Assembly (NCBI GenBank): GCA_964234715.1 | Contig: OZ174290.1 | Length of the DNA: 64,000 bases | Strand: one strand, 5' to 3' | Source: Podarcis melisellensis | Lineage: Eukaryota | Shown: positions 1-12,977 of the stretch, in pieces | How the letters are laid out: every line of letters starts with the position of its first letter | How positions within the stretch are numbered: the stretch's first letter is position 1 | Position numbers and translations under genes: made by a program | Notes under the pieces: model-generated | Told to the model about the DNA's origin: nothing | What the model saw: the letters and a program-made list of their open reading frames with translations, nothing else | Databases searched by the model: none

Positions 1-1271
1 AAAATCAGAATACCACTTTGTATGCAGTGAGGAAATGGTTGCAAATTGCTGCATCTCTGTCTGTGACTTTATAAGCTGTCATTTTGACCAATGGTAGTTA
101 ATTTCAGATCTCTTGAGTGGTTCAGAAAAGGGTTTGATACAACACATAAAATGTTTGTCTTTATTTTGAAACTACTTTAAAAATGAAAGCGGGGGTGGTG
201 GGAGTGGTTTGTAATGATAAAATCAGAGATACAGATACAAAGGCCTTCCAGATATATTGGATTACAGTTAGCATCATCCCTGGCCATTGGCCATGATGGC
301 TGATGGGAGTTGAAGTCCAACAACATATAGAGGACACCACGCTAGGGATGGCTTTTCTAGGGCAATGGGGCATAAATGTGCATAGGAAACAGCTTTAAAG
401 TGCAATTCAGATCTCATCACAGGTGATGGGAAAGATCCCTTGTTGAGATCTTGGGTGGCCCACCATTGCCAAAATACTCAAGAGAGCTGCCTTAAATCAA
501 GGCAGACTGTTTTGTTCATTTAGCCTAGTATTGTTGACTGTTCTGACCAACTGGAAGGCACTAGGTGTTAGGATATTTCCGTTCCACCTTAAAAGGGAGC
601 AGGCTTTGTGAGTCACAGAGTCTGCGTATTTCCTGTTCACAGGATGTTTATGTTTTGCTATTGCTTTCGTTTTTCTCTCGGTGCCTGAACACGCTAGCAG
701 GCGGTCATGTTTTTCTTTGTTCTGACCAACGCTGAATAAACTTTCTAAATAATGCTCTCCTGAGTGCAACTTTCGCTGTGTGAATTCTGCTGATAGAGCG
801 TGCATCAGTTCTGGAATGTGGAAGGCTATTTTCTGGAGCTCATGTCGCTAATTGCTGATACTGTATCTACGGGAGGTTGATGGACGTCCGGAGTCCGGAG
901 TCGGCGTGGAGGCAGTGATGGCCTATGTCTCCCTGGCAGTATCCCAACACTAGGTTGGGGAAGACTATTCTTGTGTTGTATTTGTATCTCTGATTTCATC
1001 AATGTGGGTTATATTTGTAATTTCCCCTTCTACTTTTGTATTTTATAAAGCAGTAACATTTCCAAATGTGTCAGGAATATGCACTGTATAATCTTGAGTT
1101 ATTTTAGGCTACTCCATGAGGCATTATAATTCAGACTGCTGTCCAAACCTAGGGGTTACTTTCATGTTAAACTCAGTGTATTTGCCATGACTGTTGAGTT
1201 CTGGCCAGCTTCTCCTGCCTCTAAGACCCGAATCCCATTGCAGAAGTTTGCCATGGTGGTAAATCATTTCC

Positions 1272-1272
<1 letters not shown>

Positions 1273-1314
<42 letters not shown>
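1273..1314. repeat. (TG)n microsatellite
   Basis: Direct inspection. Confidence 0.95.
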
Positions 1315-1315
<1 letters not shown>

Positions 1316-2344
1316 CGTTGTCTTTGTGGATGCAATACCACTTGGTCCAAGTTACGCTAATGTTTGTGTTCCACTGTGGTCTCTGGCTGAACAGGTTTTG
1401 CAGGATTTTGTATAGGGTGGTCGGATGCAAAAGGACAGGAATTCTACACTTTTAATAGAGGAGGAAGTTCACCTACTGAAATTCCCTCTTATGCATAACT
1501 ATTAAAGGTGCGCTAGGACTTCAAGCTGTATTTTGGAAAAGCTGGAACTAGCTTCTAAAAGCACGACTATTCCAGGTATAACAGGCATATATATATTAGT
1601 GCTTCTGTCACTGACACATACTGGATAGAACTCAGAGGAAGTTAGTATACTTCTCCCTATACAATGCCAGGAATAGTTTTGAAACCATTTTTATGCTTTT
1701 TTAAAAAAGTGGTTTTTTGATTATATGGGAAAAAACAGGTGTATATGTACATATGTGCTCATTTAGCTCTTAAACAAGCAAATAGATAAAAAAAACAAAT
1801 GCAAAGTTTCCCTTAGGAGTGAAACTGATTACTCCAGAAGCTGCTTGAGATCCAATCTAGCCAATTTCATCACTCCATTGATCTGACTAGGGAAACAGTT
1901 GCAATTAGAAATTAAGAACTTGGAACAAACAAGCTCCCCCGGCCCTTACTATTACACTTGTATCTTCATGCAGCTATTGATAACAGGATTGTGACTAGTG
2001 CTATTGTAACAGCGATAAGAGGAAAACTGGTGCTGCTGTTCCCTAGAACAAACCTATCTGTACACAGCCCAGGTTGCGTTGCTTCAACCACAAGAGAGAT
2101 CTTCAGTAGGTCAACTTAAGTAGTTTTAGATCCACCAACACTCACTCCATAGGTGAGAGCTTGAGTTCTAGTGCACCAGTAATTCAAAAGCCTTGCCGAT
2201 ATCCCAGGATATGGAGCTTTCCCTCATGAAAAGTAACTCTGTAGAATTGACATTTATACATGATTTTAATATTTGAAGGTGCTTTTGACTCAAATTAATT
2301 TTTGGTTTATTTTGTTCTCTTTCATATATTCATTCAAATGACTT

Positions 2345-2610
2345 TCTCTTTGGATTCTTTTTCATAGCCAAGTAAGATTGTCTTCCATGAACACGGTCTT
2401 AACGGTGTGTCCATAGGTGATTGTGGAAGCTAATTCTGGATCCACACATCCTTCCACAGTGGGCACATAGGTTTCTGGGTGGGAGTTGATCAGGGTGAGG
2501 GTTTGCTAAACGTGGCTTCCTCTTAGCACGTTTCTCCCTTTCATCCTGAGTTTGAGCGTCTTCAAAGTCCATGGCACCTTTGGCAAAGGCTGTTCTCCAG
2601 TTGGAGCGCT
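2345..2610 (-). mobile_element. RTE-clade LINE 3' fragment
   Basis: The minus strand encodes a decayed CPHCGR.CGSRI.....L.TH C-terminal zinc-finger-like motif. Homologous to 42618-42925. Confidence 0.75.
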
Positions 2611-2637
2611 CTTTGGATTACAGTACTTTGAAACCTA

Positions 2638-3005
2638 GGGATGTGGTTGGCGCTGTGGTCTAAACCACTGCCTCTGGAGTTGCTAATCAGAAGGTCGGCG
2701 GTTCAAATCCGCACGATGGAGTGAGCTCCTGTTGCTCTGTCCCAGCTTCTGCCAATCAAGCAGTTCAAAAGCACACCAGTGCAAGTAGATAGATAGGTAT
2801 CGCTGTGACGGGAAGGTAAATGGCGTTTCCGTGTGCTCTGGCTTCCATCACGGTGTTCTGTTGCACCATAAGCGGTTTAGTCATGCTGGCCACATGACCT
2901 GGAAAGCTGTTTGTGGACGAACACCGGCTCCCTCGGCCTGAAAGTGAAATGAGCGCCGCAACCCCATAGTCGCCTTTGCCTGGACGTAACCATCCAGGGG
3001 TCTTT
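2638..3005 (+). mobile_element. Sauria SINE, near full length (subtype with CCATAGTCGCCTTTG 3' region)
   Basis: tRNA-like head GGCGCTGTGGTCTAAACCACTG...GGTTCAAATCC and core GTCATGCTGGCCACATGACC. Confidence 0.9.
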
Positions 3006-3379
3006 TTTTCAACTTTACTATGAAACCTCGATGAGTGTGAGCATATATGCTTATGTACACTGTATACATGTTTCTGAGCAGCTGCTGAAAAGTCTGTAGC
3101 AGTTATTTAATGAGGAAGGTTGTTCTGAGCTCAGTGGAGGGCGGCAAATTTGTATACATGATGAAGATGATCCTACTTGAAGCTGTGGAGTAGAACGGCC
3201 AACAAGCTGTGGCTCATGACTGAAGTAGACCTTAATGTCTTTCTGGAGTGTGAAAAGCAGAAATGCTAACAAGGCCTTAGTCAACCAGTGTGAAGAAGAT
3301 ACAAGATTTGTAACTCAATGCTGTTCTCAGCACTGAGTGACCTTCAGGAGTTTCCCTGTATCCTGATAAGACTCAGGAT

Positions 3380-3623
3380 CAGGGGTCAGCAACCTTTTTC
3401 AGCCGTGGGCTGCTCCACCGTCCCTCAGACCATGTGGTGGCAGGACTATATATATATTTTAAAAAATGAACGAATTCCTGTGCCCCACAAATAACCCAGA
3501 GATGCATTTTAAATAAAAGCACACTCATGTAAAAACAACACTGATTCCCAGACTGTCCACAGGCCGGATTGAGAAGGCGACTGGGCCGCATCCAGCCCAT
3601 GGGCTTTAGGTTGCCTACCCATG
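3380..3623. mobile_element. hAT-type MITE
   Basis: Termini CAGGGGTCAGCAACC / GGTTGCCTACCCATG. Exact 8-bp TSD CTCAGGAT at 3372-3379 and 3624-3631. Confidence 0.88.
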
Positions 3624-4665
3624 CTCAGGATCATGTCAACTGCAAAATAATGGCATCTTGCTTTTTCAGGTGTTTGCCTCCTGACTTGCCATTTTCCAAT
3701 ACAGAATCTATTTTAATTGTGAACAAAGGGAGAATGAAGCAATCAATCAGCAAGTAGGAATTTTAAAGTTTTTTTGTAGTTTTTTTAGATATTGGAACTC
3801 AGCTTCATCTCTGTTTCACCCAAGAATTTTTTTTCTGATACCTTTTTGTAACGTAACTGAATTCTTCTCTGGAACACACACATTCAAAACTATCAATGTC
3901 AAGAGTCAATTCTTACCACTTTTAATAGTTTTACTTTGCTTTAGGCTTCTCTGTGCTGAATTTTCCATGCACTTTTTGTACAACTCTGATTGATTTTTGT
4001 TATTTGCTTGAGGATATTTTATTTCTCCCTTATCAGAATTCTCCCTTGTATTAAACATAGTTAGGTGTTTCCAGACCTTCATCCTATGGACAACTTTGTA
4101 TTCAATTTTTTAATAGTTTATTTTGTTCAGATTTCACTATTTTATTTTTAAAACATTTTTCTTTAATTTTTACCTGGGTTAATCTTCTGTTTGGGTTTTC
4201 CTGCACCCTGTATACTGGAAACTGGATTGATCTCTAGTAACATGGATCTAAGACTGCAGGATCCTGTTTTCTGGAATTTCACTCTGGGTTGGTATCTATG
4301 TTCTTTTTTAAAACTAAAAGGCCATGAAATTAGGACAGCTGGGACCATGTAGTAATCTTTAACTAAGGCGGGTTTGTTGTTGGTGAGCCAATGTAGGATT
4401 CGGCAGTAGTTAAATTGTGGTTAATTTTAATATTGCAGATTGTAATCTTTGCACATAATAGCCACTTTATTGTTTATTGGATTTTTCGTCCCCCAAGATG
4501 TATTTATATATAATGTACTGTTGATTTCTCTTTGATAATATTATGCTTATATCTTTCATAAACTAAAAGGCATTCCTTGGTCTTCTGCTGAAGACTGAAT
4601 CTTTCCAAATGAATCTTTCCAAACACATTGTAACCTCTTGGGTCCTGGTTGGTCACCAGCCTCTT

Positions 4666-4816
4666 AAAGGTAAAGGGTAAAGGGGTCCCTGACCATTAGG
4701 TCCAGTTGTGACCGACTTTGGGGCTGCGGCGCTCATCTCGCTTTATTGGCCAAGGGAGCCGGCGTACAGCTTCCAGGTCATGTGGCCAGCATGACTAAGC
4801 CGCTTCTGGCGAACCA
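4666..4816 (-). mobile_element. Sauria SINE 3' fragment (GGACCTAATGGTCAGGG subtype)
   Basis: (AAAGGT)n tail on the + strand followed by GACCATTAGGTCCAG...CATGTGGCCAGCATGACT. Confidence 0.9.
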
Positions 4817-5814
4817 ATGATATAAACTGAGTACGTCACTTTCAAAAGATAGGATTTGTTGTTGATTGAATATAGGTTCATTTGCAAATCCTATGTAGAG
4901 TTTCAAATAAGTAAATCCCATTAAACAAGAAGGACTTAATTCTGAGTAAGGATGCACAGGATTGTGCTGAACCTGTTTCTGTAGCAACTAATTTATCTCT
5001 GCAATGTTAGCATGCAATGCAATTATTCCTCATTTGTACTGCATTATCCTTCTCACTGTTTATACTGGGATGAGCTAAAACTTCATTACGATTCAGAGAG
5101 CACAGAGAGCTGCTTTAGCCAATCCATTCTTTCTGGGATAGTTGACATTTTTAATGAGCTTCAGTTAGTGATGTCTATTAACTTCAGTGGGAATACTCTG
5201 AGTAGGAGCAGCATTGGATATAACCCCATACTGTATATCTGAGACTTCCCACGAAAATCAGGCTGGCCGTTGTTAAAAACCCAGTACTGGTCTACATGGT
5301 CTGATTCAGGCAAGGTAATTCTTATGCTTTCTTAAGAGTCTCACTGTCATGCAGAGAGCAGAGCACAATTTGTACCAACAAATATCCATCAAATATGCCC
5401 TCTAGCTTCTGACCTTAACTGTGACGTCCGCATAGCTATGGCCCAGCAACTTCACTACTGGTTGAAATTAGGGAATGAGTAATAGACAGCTGTTTGGAGT
5501 TGTTGACAGCAGAGCATCTGAGGTCAGTCTTTGCTGAGGTTGTGGGTACCACGCTGGTGAACTGAGAATTATAGTCTTGTAGCTCAACTCATTATCCTAC
5601 ACTAGAGTAGGATTAATTAGCCTAACTACTCACGACAGATGTTTATACAGCCTTTATTAGCCTTACAGTTCTTAGGAACATTAAAGTAAGAGCACTTCTT
5701 TAAAAAATAAAAAAATGCAAAATCTTAAGTGCCAAAAATTGTGTTAAAAGAATTCTCAGATAAAAGTCAGCTTGGTATGGTGGCTAAAGTTTTTGATTAG
5801 GGCTCAAATACCTA

Positions 5815-5925
5815 TTCAGGGAAGTTTTTAATATTTGACGCTGTACTGTTTTTAACACTTGATTGGGAGCCGCCCAGAGTGGCTGGGGAAACTCAGCCAA
5901 ATGGGTGGGGTATAAATAATAAATA

Positions 5926-5961
<36 letters not shown>
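5815..5961 (+). mobile_element. L2 LINE 3' tail ending in (ATT)n
   Basis: GGGAAGTTTTTAAT...GCCGCCCAGAGTGGCTGGGGAAAC...(ATT)n, the same tail as the L2 at 14081-14466. Confidence 0.8.
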
Positions 5962-6037
5962 GAGTCCTGAAGCTGCTTCTGTCACTCTTTTTGTGCTGCT
6001 CTGGAGGAAGGATGAGATAAAATATGATTAATGAATA

Positions 6038-6296
6038 CCGTATTTTTTGCTCTATAAGACTCACTTTTTCCCTCCTAAAAAGTAAGGGGAAATGTGTGTG
6101 CATCTTATGGAGTGAATGCAGGCTGCACAGCTATCCCAGAAGCCAGAACAGCAAGAGGGATTGCTGCTTTCACTGTGCAGCGATCCCTCTTGCTGTTCTG
6201 GCTTCTGAGATTCAGAATATTTTTTTTCTTGTTTTCCTCCTCCAAAAACTAGGTGCGTTTTGTGGTCTGGTGCGTCTTATAGAGTGAAAAATACGG
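6038..6296 (+). mobile_element. Tc1/Mariner-superfamily (Tc2-like) MITE, 259 bp
   Basis: TIRs CCGTATTTTT..CTCTATAAGAC / GTCTTATAGAG..AAAAATACGG, TA on both flanks, 31-bp internal hairpin. Strand is relative to the other copies. Confidence 0.92.
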
Positions 6297-6499
6297 TATA
6301 TTTCTAATCCCAACAGCAGAGGTCACTTAAACTAACACATAGTACTGCACGTCAGAGATTTATTTATTTATTTATTTATTGTAATATACCGCTTGATTGT
6401 AGAAAACCGCAAAGCCGTTTTCGTGTGTGAGAAAGGAGGGGTGATTCGTGTAACTCACTGCATTCTCCTCTGCCACTTCCCCCCAAGGTGGTTTTCCTT

Positions 6500-6632
6500 T
6501 CAGCTGAGAAGGGACCCTGAGGATCATTTAGTCCAACCCCCTACAATGCAGGAATATGAAGCTGTCAGGAACCGAACCTGCAGCCTTGGTGTTGTCAGAA
6601 CCACACTCTTAACCAATTGAGCAGTCCAGCTA
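6500..6632 (-). mobile_element. Short tRNA-derived SINE with CR1-like tail (Squam3-like)
   Basis: Minus strand: AGCTGGACTGCTCAATTGGTTAAGAG...GCAGGTTCGGTTCC head, then CCTGCATTG..GGGGGTTGGACTA.ATGATCCTCAGGGTCCCTT tail. Confidence 0.7.
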
Positions 6633-7048
6633 TCCCTGGATCAAGCGGCAAATAACATTCAACAGGAAAATAGGTCTTCTTCCTGAAATCTTTGGAGCCC
6701 TTTTAGACCTTTTAAAATTCTCATTCATCACAGGTTTTTAAGAGACTGGGTGGCCTCTTTTCACAAATGCTGTGGTAGTTGGTCTTCATTAGCAGGGAGT
6801 TGGACTGGATAAATTTTGAGATGCTTTCCAACTCTTTAATTTTAGGACATTCTCATTGAACGAATTGAACAAGGGGCAATTCATTTTCTTTTTTCTCTCC
6901 TTTGCTCTCATCTGGAATAAGAATGCCATGATGGGATGGGCTAAAAGGGAAATCTCTGTATGTTGAAATGTTTAAAAATGTTGCAAAACTATCTTTAAAA
7001 AAACGAGATACTGCTGTGAATCGGATTCTTCCAAGCTGCAGGAATTAA

Positions 7049-7348
<300 letters not shown>

Positions 7349-9769
7349 TAGGAGATAATTGCGAAAGACACGAAGCTGCTATAGATATTGAGTGCAGTAA
7401 TCACTGCCAATCGAAAGGGGGGTGTAGAAGAACTCTATAAACAATAAGACCCCTCTCCTTCAACGTATTCCCAATCTAAGCTTGGAATTTCCCCTTTTTG
7501 TAGGCAGCAAGAATAACAGAGCTTTTGCCCTTTCACTAATAATGCTTTTGCCCTTGGAATTTCAAAATTTATGATTAGCTCAACGGATGGGGTATTTATA
7601 CCTTATAGACTGGAACTAACAGGTTGTGGAAGGGTATATCTGTGAGATTAATGAAGACAACGTGAAGGAAATTGAGTTTGCTGAAGCAGTGGTACTGTAA
7701 GTGATTAACCCAGACCTTGTGATTGTAGAGCTGGGCAGTAGGTGAAGATGGGACTCATTAAACCATGACGAACTGATTTTTAGGAAGTCTGTTAGCCCCA
7801 GTGAAGCAGCTCCCACTGAACAGTGAGTCGCTATGCATACTGTTTCAAAAGAGGGCTGGACATGAGGACCTAAGCATAGCCTTGCTATTAATTTGATTAT
7901 TTAAGATGAATGAGAATGATGGTTAGTTTTCTGACAAGCCAGTGTGACTAATAAGTTTACCTACCTGTAGTAAAGTTAGTAATATTTAGAAAATTTTTCT
8001 TTGGCCAAGCAAAAAGAGTGAGGCCTTGTGGGAGATTCATCAGCCACAAGGACCCTGGGAAAGGAGTTGTGTGTCTTTAAAAATCTCAGACTAACTGGCT
8101 CCTCAGTTGAAAGTTTTATTAGAACCCAGGATGTCTTGATTAATGAAAGAACTAGCACCTGAGTTCGAGGGTGTAAACATCTTCCCCCCCAGTGTTGTTA
8201 TCTGCCCTTGAATTGCCTGGGAATGTGTCTCTGGCTAATTTCCTTGGAAGGGAGGAAGCCCTTTGATTTAAAGTTTGAATTCTAAATTGGCCCAGCTGTC
8301 AAGAGGTAAATTGATTGACCAGCAAGCCGATCATTGGCGCATTCAAAAATAATTTGAGTCTTATGATTGGCTTGAAAGTTACGACGCAGGTTGCGAATTG
8401 TGGATAAAAGATCAAGCAATTGTCTTGCTCTTGGCTCTCTCTGCCTTTGCCTTGCAAATCGCAAAGATGCCCCGCTCTATTGTTCCAGCTTAATAGGCCG
8501 CTATTCATCTTTTGAGATGGAAATCTTCAATCGTCATCTACTTGCAGAGTCCTAAAGAACTTCAGCTATCCTATCTTTGTGTTAGAGTTGTAAGTATGTG
8601 ATCCTAGCTAGTCTATGTAGCTTTCTTGTTTTCTTATCTGTAACGTTCCAAAAGATGTGCCTGCTATTTTAGCATGTTTCTTATGTTATTTTAAAATAAA
8701 CATTTTAAAGATGAAACTGTTTTAGTTGTGTGCCTTTCCAAAGGGAATAGCTAAGTCCTTGCCTTACGCTGGGTTACGCTCTACCGTAGAATTTCTGCCT
8801 GCAAGACTGTGGATGCAGCTTGTGGAGTAGGGGGACGGCCAAGCTAACGGGTCACAGCCTTCTCCCTGGGTTGTGATTTTGGGCCCCCTGGAACATAGGG
8901 AGTGGTGGCAGCCCTACCGGGTTTTGTTTGTCTTGTTTTGCTAAAAAAAGTAATTTCGTCCGCCAACCCTGTCCTGGGCGTCCTGGTCTGGCCGGAGAGC
9001 AGAGACCGGAGAAGGGAGGGGCAAGAGGTTGGGGACGAGCATTACTACACTACCCATGAACAACTGTGGAAGATTTTGGTACTAAGCTGAATTAGGCAAA
9101 TTGGATTTGTTTCTAGATAACAAAAGTTGGCCTGCTGTGGTGGTTAATTTAGATGGCTCTCATTGAGCAATTCCCTTTTTAGGGAAGTGGAATGGAAAAA
9201 CTGAGTTGGCTCAGAGATGGGTCGGTTAAAGTTTGTCTTTCAATTCCCAAAATTATATTGCCTTATGCCTATGAAAATTGTTTATGATTTTCTATGACAT
9301 ACATACATACATAAGTGCACCTTTCTCTCCATGTGTGCAGAGTACCTTTCTGTTCTGATAGGAAGATAGGTAACGGCAGTGTGCTTCTGGGCATCTGTAG
9401 AGTATTAATTTGAAGTCCTTTGGTTTTCGTTTTTGAAGGCTTATCAATGACAGTACTGAACCTGGTGAGGCTCTAGCTGGTTGATAGCCTTAAAGGCAAA
9501 CAGACAACCAGGGTGCCCATATGGCCCTGGCTTTGCAGGGCTGATGTTCTATTTCTGAGCTCAGTCAAGACAGAGTCATTTTATGCAGGCACAACAGGGT
9601 TGGGAGAGGCAGTGTCTGCTTGTGCCTCTCATAATTACTTCCTGTGTGGCCTCAGGAAGATTGGCTTCATTCTTTGAGGACATTGGCTTCAAGATAAATA
9701 GGAGGTAAAGTTGAGGTTGGTTCACTAATTTAGCAGTCATCCATTGTACATCTACTTCATTGACTTGAT

Positions 9770-10730
9770 GAAGGACTGACCTCATCAGTTGAAAAGGACT
9801 TTTCACACTGCTCAACAAGATAGGATTCCCACCTAAGTTCCGCAAGATGATTGTGTCCTTTCATGAGAACATGCATGGCACCGTCCAGTATGACGATTCA
9901 TCCTCAGATGCCTTCCCTATAAAGAGCGGTGTGAAACAGGGTGGTGTTTTCGCATCAACTCTCTTTGGCATAGTCTTCTCCCTATTGCTTTTCTATGTCT
10001 TCAGCTTCACTGAAGATGGTGTCTACCTGGGGTTCCCCCCATAACCAACGACATTTCCATTGACGCTGAGCAGGACAAACATAGTGGCAAGGCAGCTATG
10101 GCAATGGCTCGCCTTTCCAAAAGGGTATGGGAGAATTTGATGCTAATGACCAATACCAAGATGAAGGTCTACCAGGCTTGCATGTTGAGCACACTGATTT
10201 ATGAAAGTGAGTCGTGGGCAACTTGCACACTGCCTTCAGGAAGATTTTGGGTATCACATGGCAGGACAGAGTCTCAAACACAGATGTTCTCTCCCAAGCC
10301 CACAATCCCAGTATGTTTTCATATTTCCATCTCAGCGACATTTATGCTGGCTTGCTCATGTCCACAGCTTGGAAGATGGAGGATTCCCATGGACATGCTC
10401 CGCAGAGCGCTGGCTTCAAGCATTAGGCCTGTTGGCAGTTCAGCTCTGTGTTACAAAGATGTCTGCAAACGTGACATAAAGGCTGGCCACGTTAACCCTG
10501 CTGTAAGTGAATCCCTTGCAGACGATCACAGTGCCTGGAGACAGGCAGTCAGGGTGTGTATCCACAGCAGTGATCAGAGGAGGAAGGACCGCTGGGAGGA
10601 GCACAGAGAGAAGAAACACCATGGTGCACCTGCAGCAGCAAAACCAAACACCTCCATCTGCCCCACCTGCAGTAAAAGATGTCTATCTCATATTGGTCTC
10701 TACAGCCATAGCAGGAGATGTAACTCTTGA
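9770..10730 (+). mobile_element. Degraded RTE-clade LINE (RT fragment plus C-terminus, internally deleted)
   Basis: MIVSFHENMHGTVQYD...FPIKSGVKQGGVFASTLFGI (RT), KMKVYQACMLSTLIYESESW, RKILGITWQDRVSNTDVL and CPTCSKRCLSHIGLYSHSRRC across frameshifted ORFs. Confidence 0.9.
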
Positions 10731-12502
10731 AAGGTTTGACTTTACTCCCCCTCCAAAGGCTCACTTTTCCATTCTGCTCCAACAAGGGAAAGTGGATTAG
10801 TCCTGACAATGGAACTGGATTAGTAAAGTTTAGATGCAGGGGAGAGATTGTGACTGAGATGACTTAGTTTAGAGAGGAGCTGATTAGAAAACAACAAGTC
10901 TGAAGTGTTTAAAGAAGCTGAAGGTTATTAACTGGGCTAAACTCAATGATCTCAGGAAGGCCACAGAGGCTAGCAGGGGTTAAGTCAATGAGGCATGTAG
11001 TACCTGTAAGTAGTATATAAGGAAGGGTATTATGATTGGAGTAGAGAGGCTGACAAATAAGGTGCTAGAGTCAAATCACAGTAATGCTATTGGCTAAAGT
11101 GAGATGAAGGTATTTGACATTGAAATCCTTAGTCAGATCTATGCAGGCCTGCTTAGGATCAGGAGAGCACTTCAGAAGGCGAACTCTTATCCCCTTCTCT
11201 CTGTCTCTTGTTTCTTTCCCAGCTGGAAAGAAGGCAGATGTCTTGTATTCAGGCACAGTAAATTAACTGGAACACCATGTGTCCTGAGCCCAGTCAAACA
11301 GTTGCATCCAATCCTTGAAAGTGATTTTGGAATACAGGACCAGTCTAACAGGTCAAGATTCTTAATGTCTTGGAGTGTACCGTATTGGTAGACTTCAAAC
11401 AGGAATTCTAGTGGTAGGAATGAGGAACATGAAAAGCGAGAAGGGAAACGCACAGGTAGTTTGGGTTCCTGGGGAGAGCTGAAAATCTGTCAGTTTTGGT
11501 GCCAAGGTTATTTATGGGAATTGTCTTATTTCATATATTTATAGCCCACTTTTCAGGCTAAACACCCCACAGTAGCTTACAAAACAGACCCACGATACAA
11601 TATGCAACTCAAAAATATAATTAAACCACAAACTAAAAAAAAGAAATTAATAAAAGAATACAATCTCTTATGAGATCTGCCTGGTCCTGTATGTCTTTTA
11701 GGATTTAGATTTTTATTGTAGATGTTTCTGTTTCAGTGAGACTTTTGCTGTGTGTTTCTTTTAAGCTACTGTTTTAGATTTGACTTTATTAGCTTTTTCA
11801 AACTGTTCCATTTTCATGATGATACTGTTTGTTTTAATTGTCTTGCTGCTTTTAATGCTTCGTGACACAAAGGCAGGATGAAAACAAGCAAATGAAATGA
11901 AATGGAAAAAACTGAGAATTTCTGCATAGCAACTTTAGGAAGAGAAAAGCTGAAGCATGGAAAATTTCATCCCTTTAATTTTTAAATTAGATTAGCTCAT
12001 TGAACACAGATTCAGAGTGAATATTATAATTGGGAAACCCTCTACTTAGTAGATTTGTTAGATAGTTGTTTTTTTTATTATTTGAATAGATTTTTTAAAA
12101 TAGCCCACGATTTCCCCCCACAATACTCTTCAATACAAGCAGTGAATAGTTGTTAAGAAAGTGATAATTATACTGGTGTGAGTGGATGTCCTGGAGATGT
12201 TTGAAATATACTTAATGCAGAAGAAAAAGAAGGAAGGGAGACTAATGAGAGAATAGAGTTTCGCACTTCTGAATGACATTTCTTATTCAGCATTGACTAC
12301 TGTTAATGTAACTAAGAAGTTCAAGTAACACCTGTGGCTAAAATACCTAGGAGGAGTGCTCTTTAGTTTAGTTCATCAGGTCTATTTCATGATTAGATTG
12401 ATTTAGAAGGAACTTTGCACAAATTGCTGCATTCTTTGTGTGCACTGGTAGTGCCTTACTAGACAATCATTTCTTTGCTTCCATTGATGAAGGGCTTTGG
12501 GA

Positions 12503-12652
12503 AGGGACTTTAGGTCGGTGGCAGAGCAGATGTTTTGCATGCAAAAGATCCAAGGTTCAATCCCTGGCATCTCCACAGTGGACTGTGAAGGACTCCTACC
12601 CTTTCTGAAACCCTGGAGAGCTCTTGCCACCTTGTCAGTATAGACTCTAGAC
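12503..12652 (+). mobile_element. Decayed tRNA-derived SINE, interrupted by a hAT MITE
   Basis: GGCAGAGCAGATGTTTTGCATGCAAAAG...GGTTCAATCCCTGGCATCTCC head (A/B-box-like), then CTGAAACCCTGGAGAGC body. Confidence 0.7.
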
Positions 12653-12839
12653 CAGGGGTTGTCAACTTTTTTTATACTTACCACTCACTAATGCATTTTT
12701 CTTGGTGGTAAAATTTCCTTACCCCCCACCAATGCTCAATGAAAGGAGGATTCAGCTTGAGCCATAGAACCCCCTACTGCCCACCTGGAATCTTGAAACA
12801 CCCACTAGTGGGTGGTTGGGACCAGGTTGACAACCCCTC
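12653..12839. mobile_element. hAT-type MITE
   Basis: TIRs CAGGGGTTGTCAAC / GTTGACAACCCCTC. Exact 8-bp TSD CTCTAGAC at 12645-12652 and 12840-12847. Confidence 0.9.
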
Positions 12840-12977
12840 CTCTAGACCCAGGGGTGGGGATCCTTTATCAGTCTGTGACCCTTAAAGCAAAACTTTGTTT
12901 GTGGGCAAGGGCAAATTAAATGAGGTGTAGGATGTAGTTATGTGAATATCACAAGTTTCTCCTGGATGGTACCCATG

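Noticed and set aside
6024-6287. Repeated peptide YRIFCSIRLTFSLLKSKGKC (also at 20219-20518 and 32166-32672), suggesting a gene family
   Set aside because: Translations of the same non-coding MITE.
10800-11460. Possible minus-strand LINE endonuclease remnant
   Set aside because: Motif similarity is too weak to call by eye.
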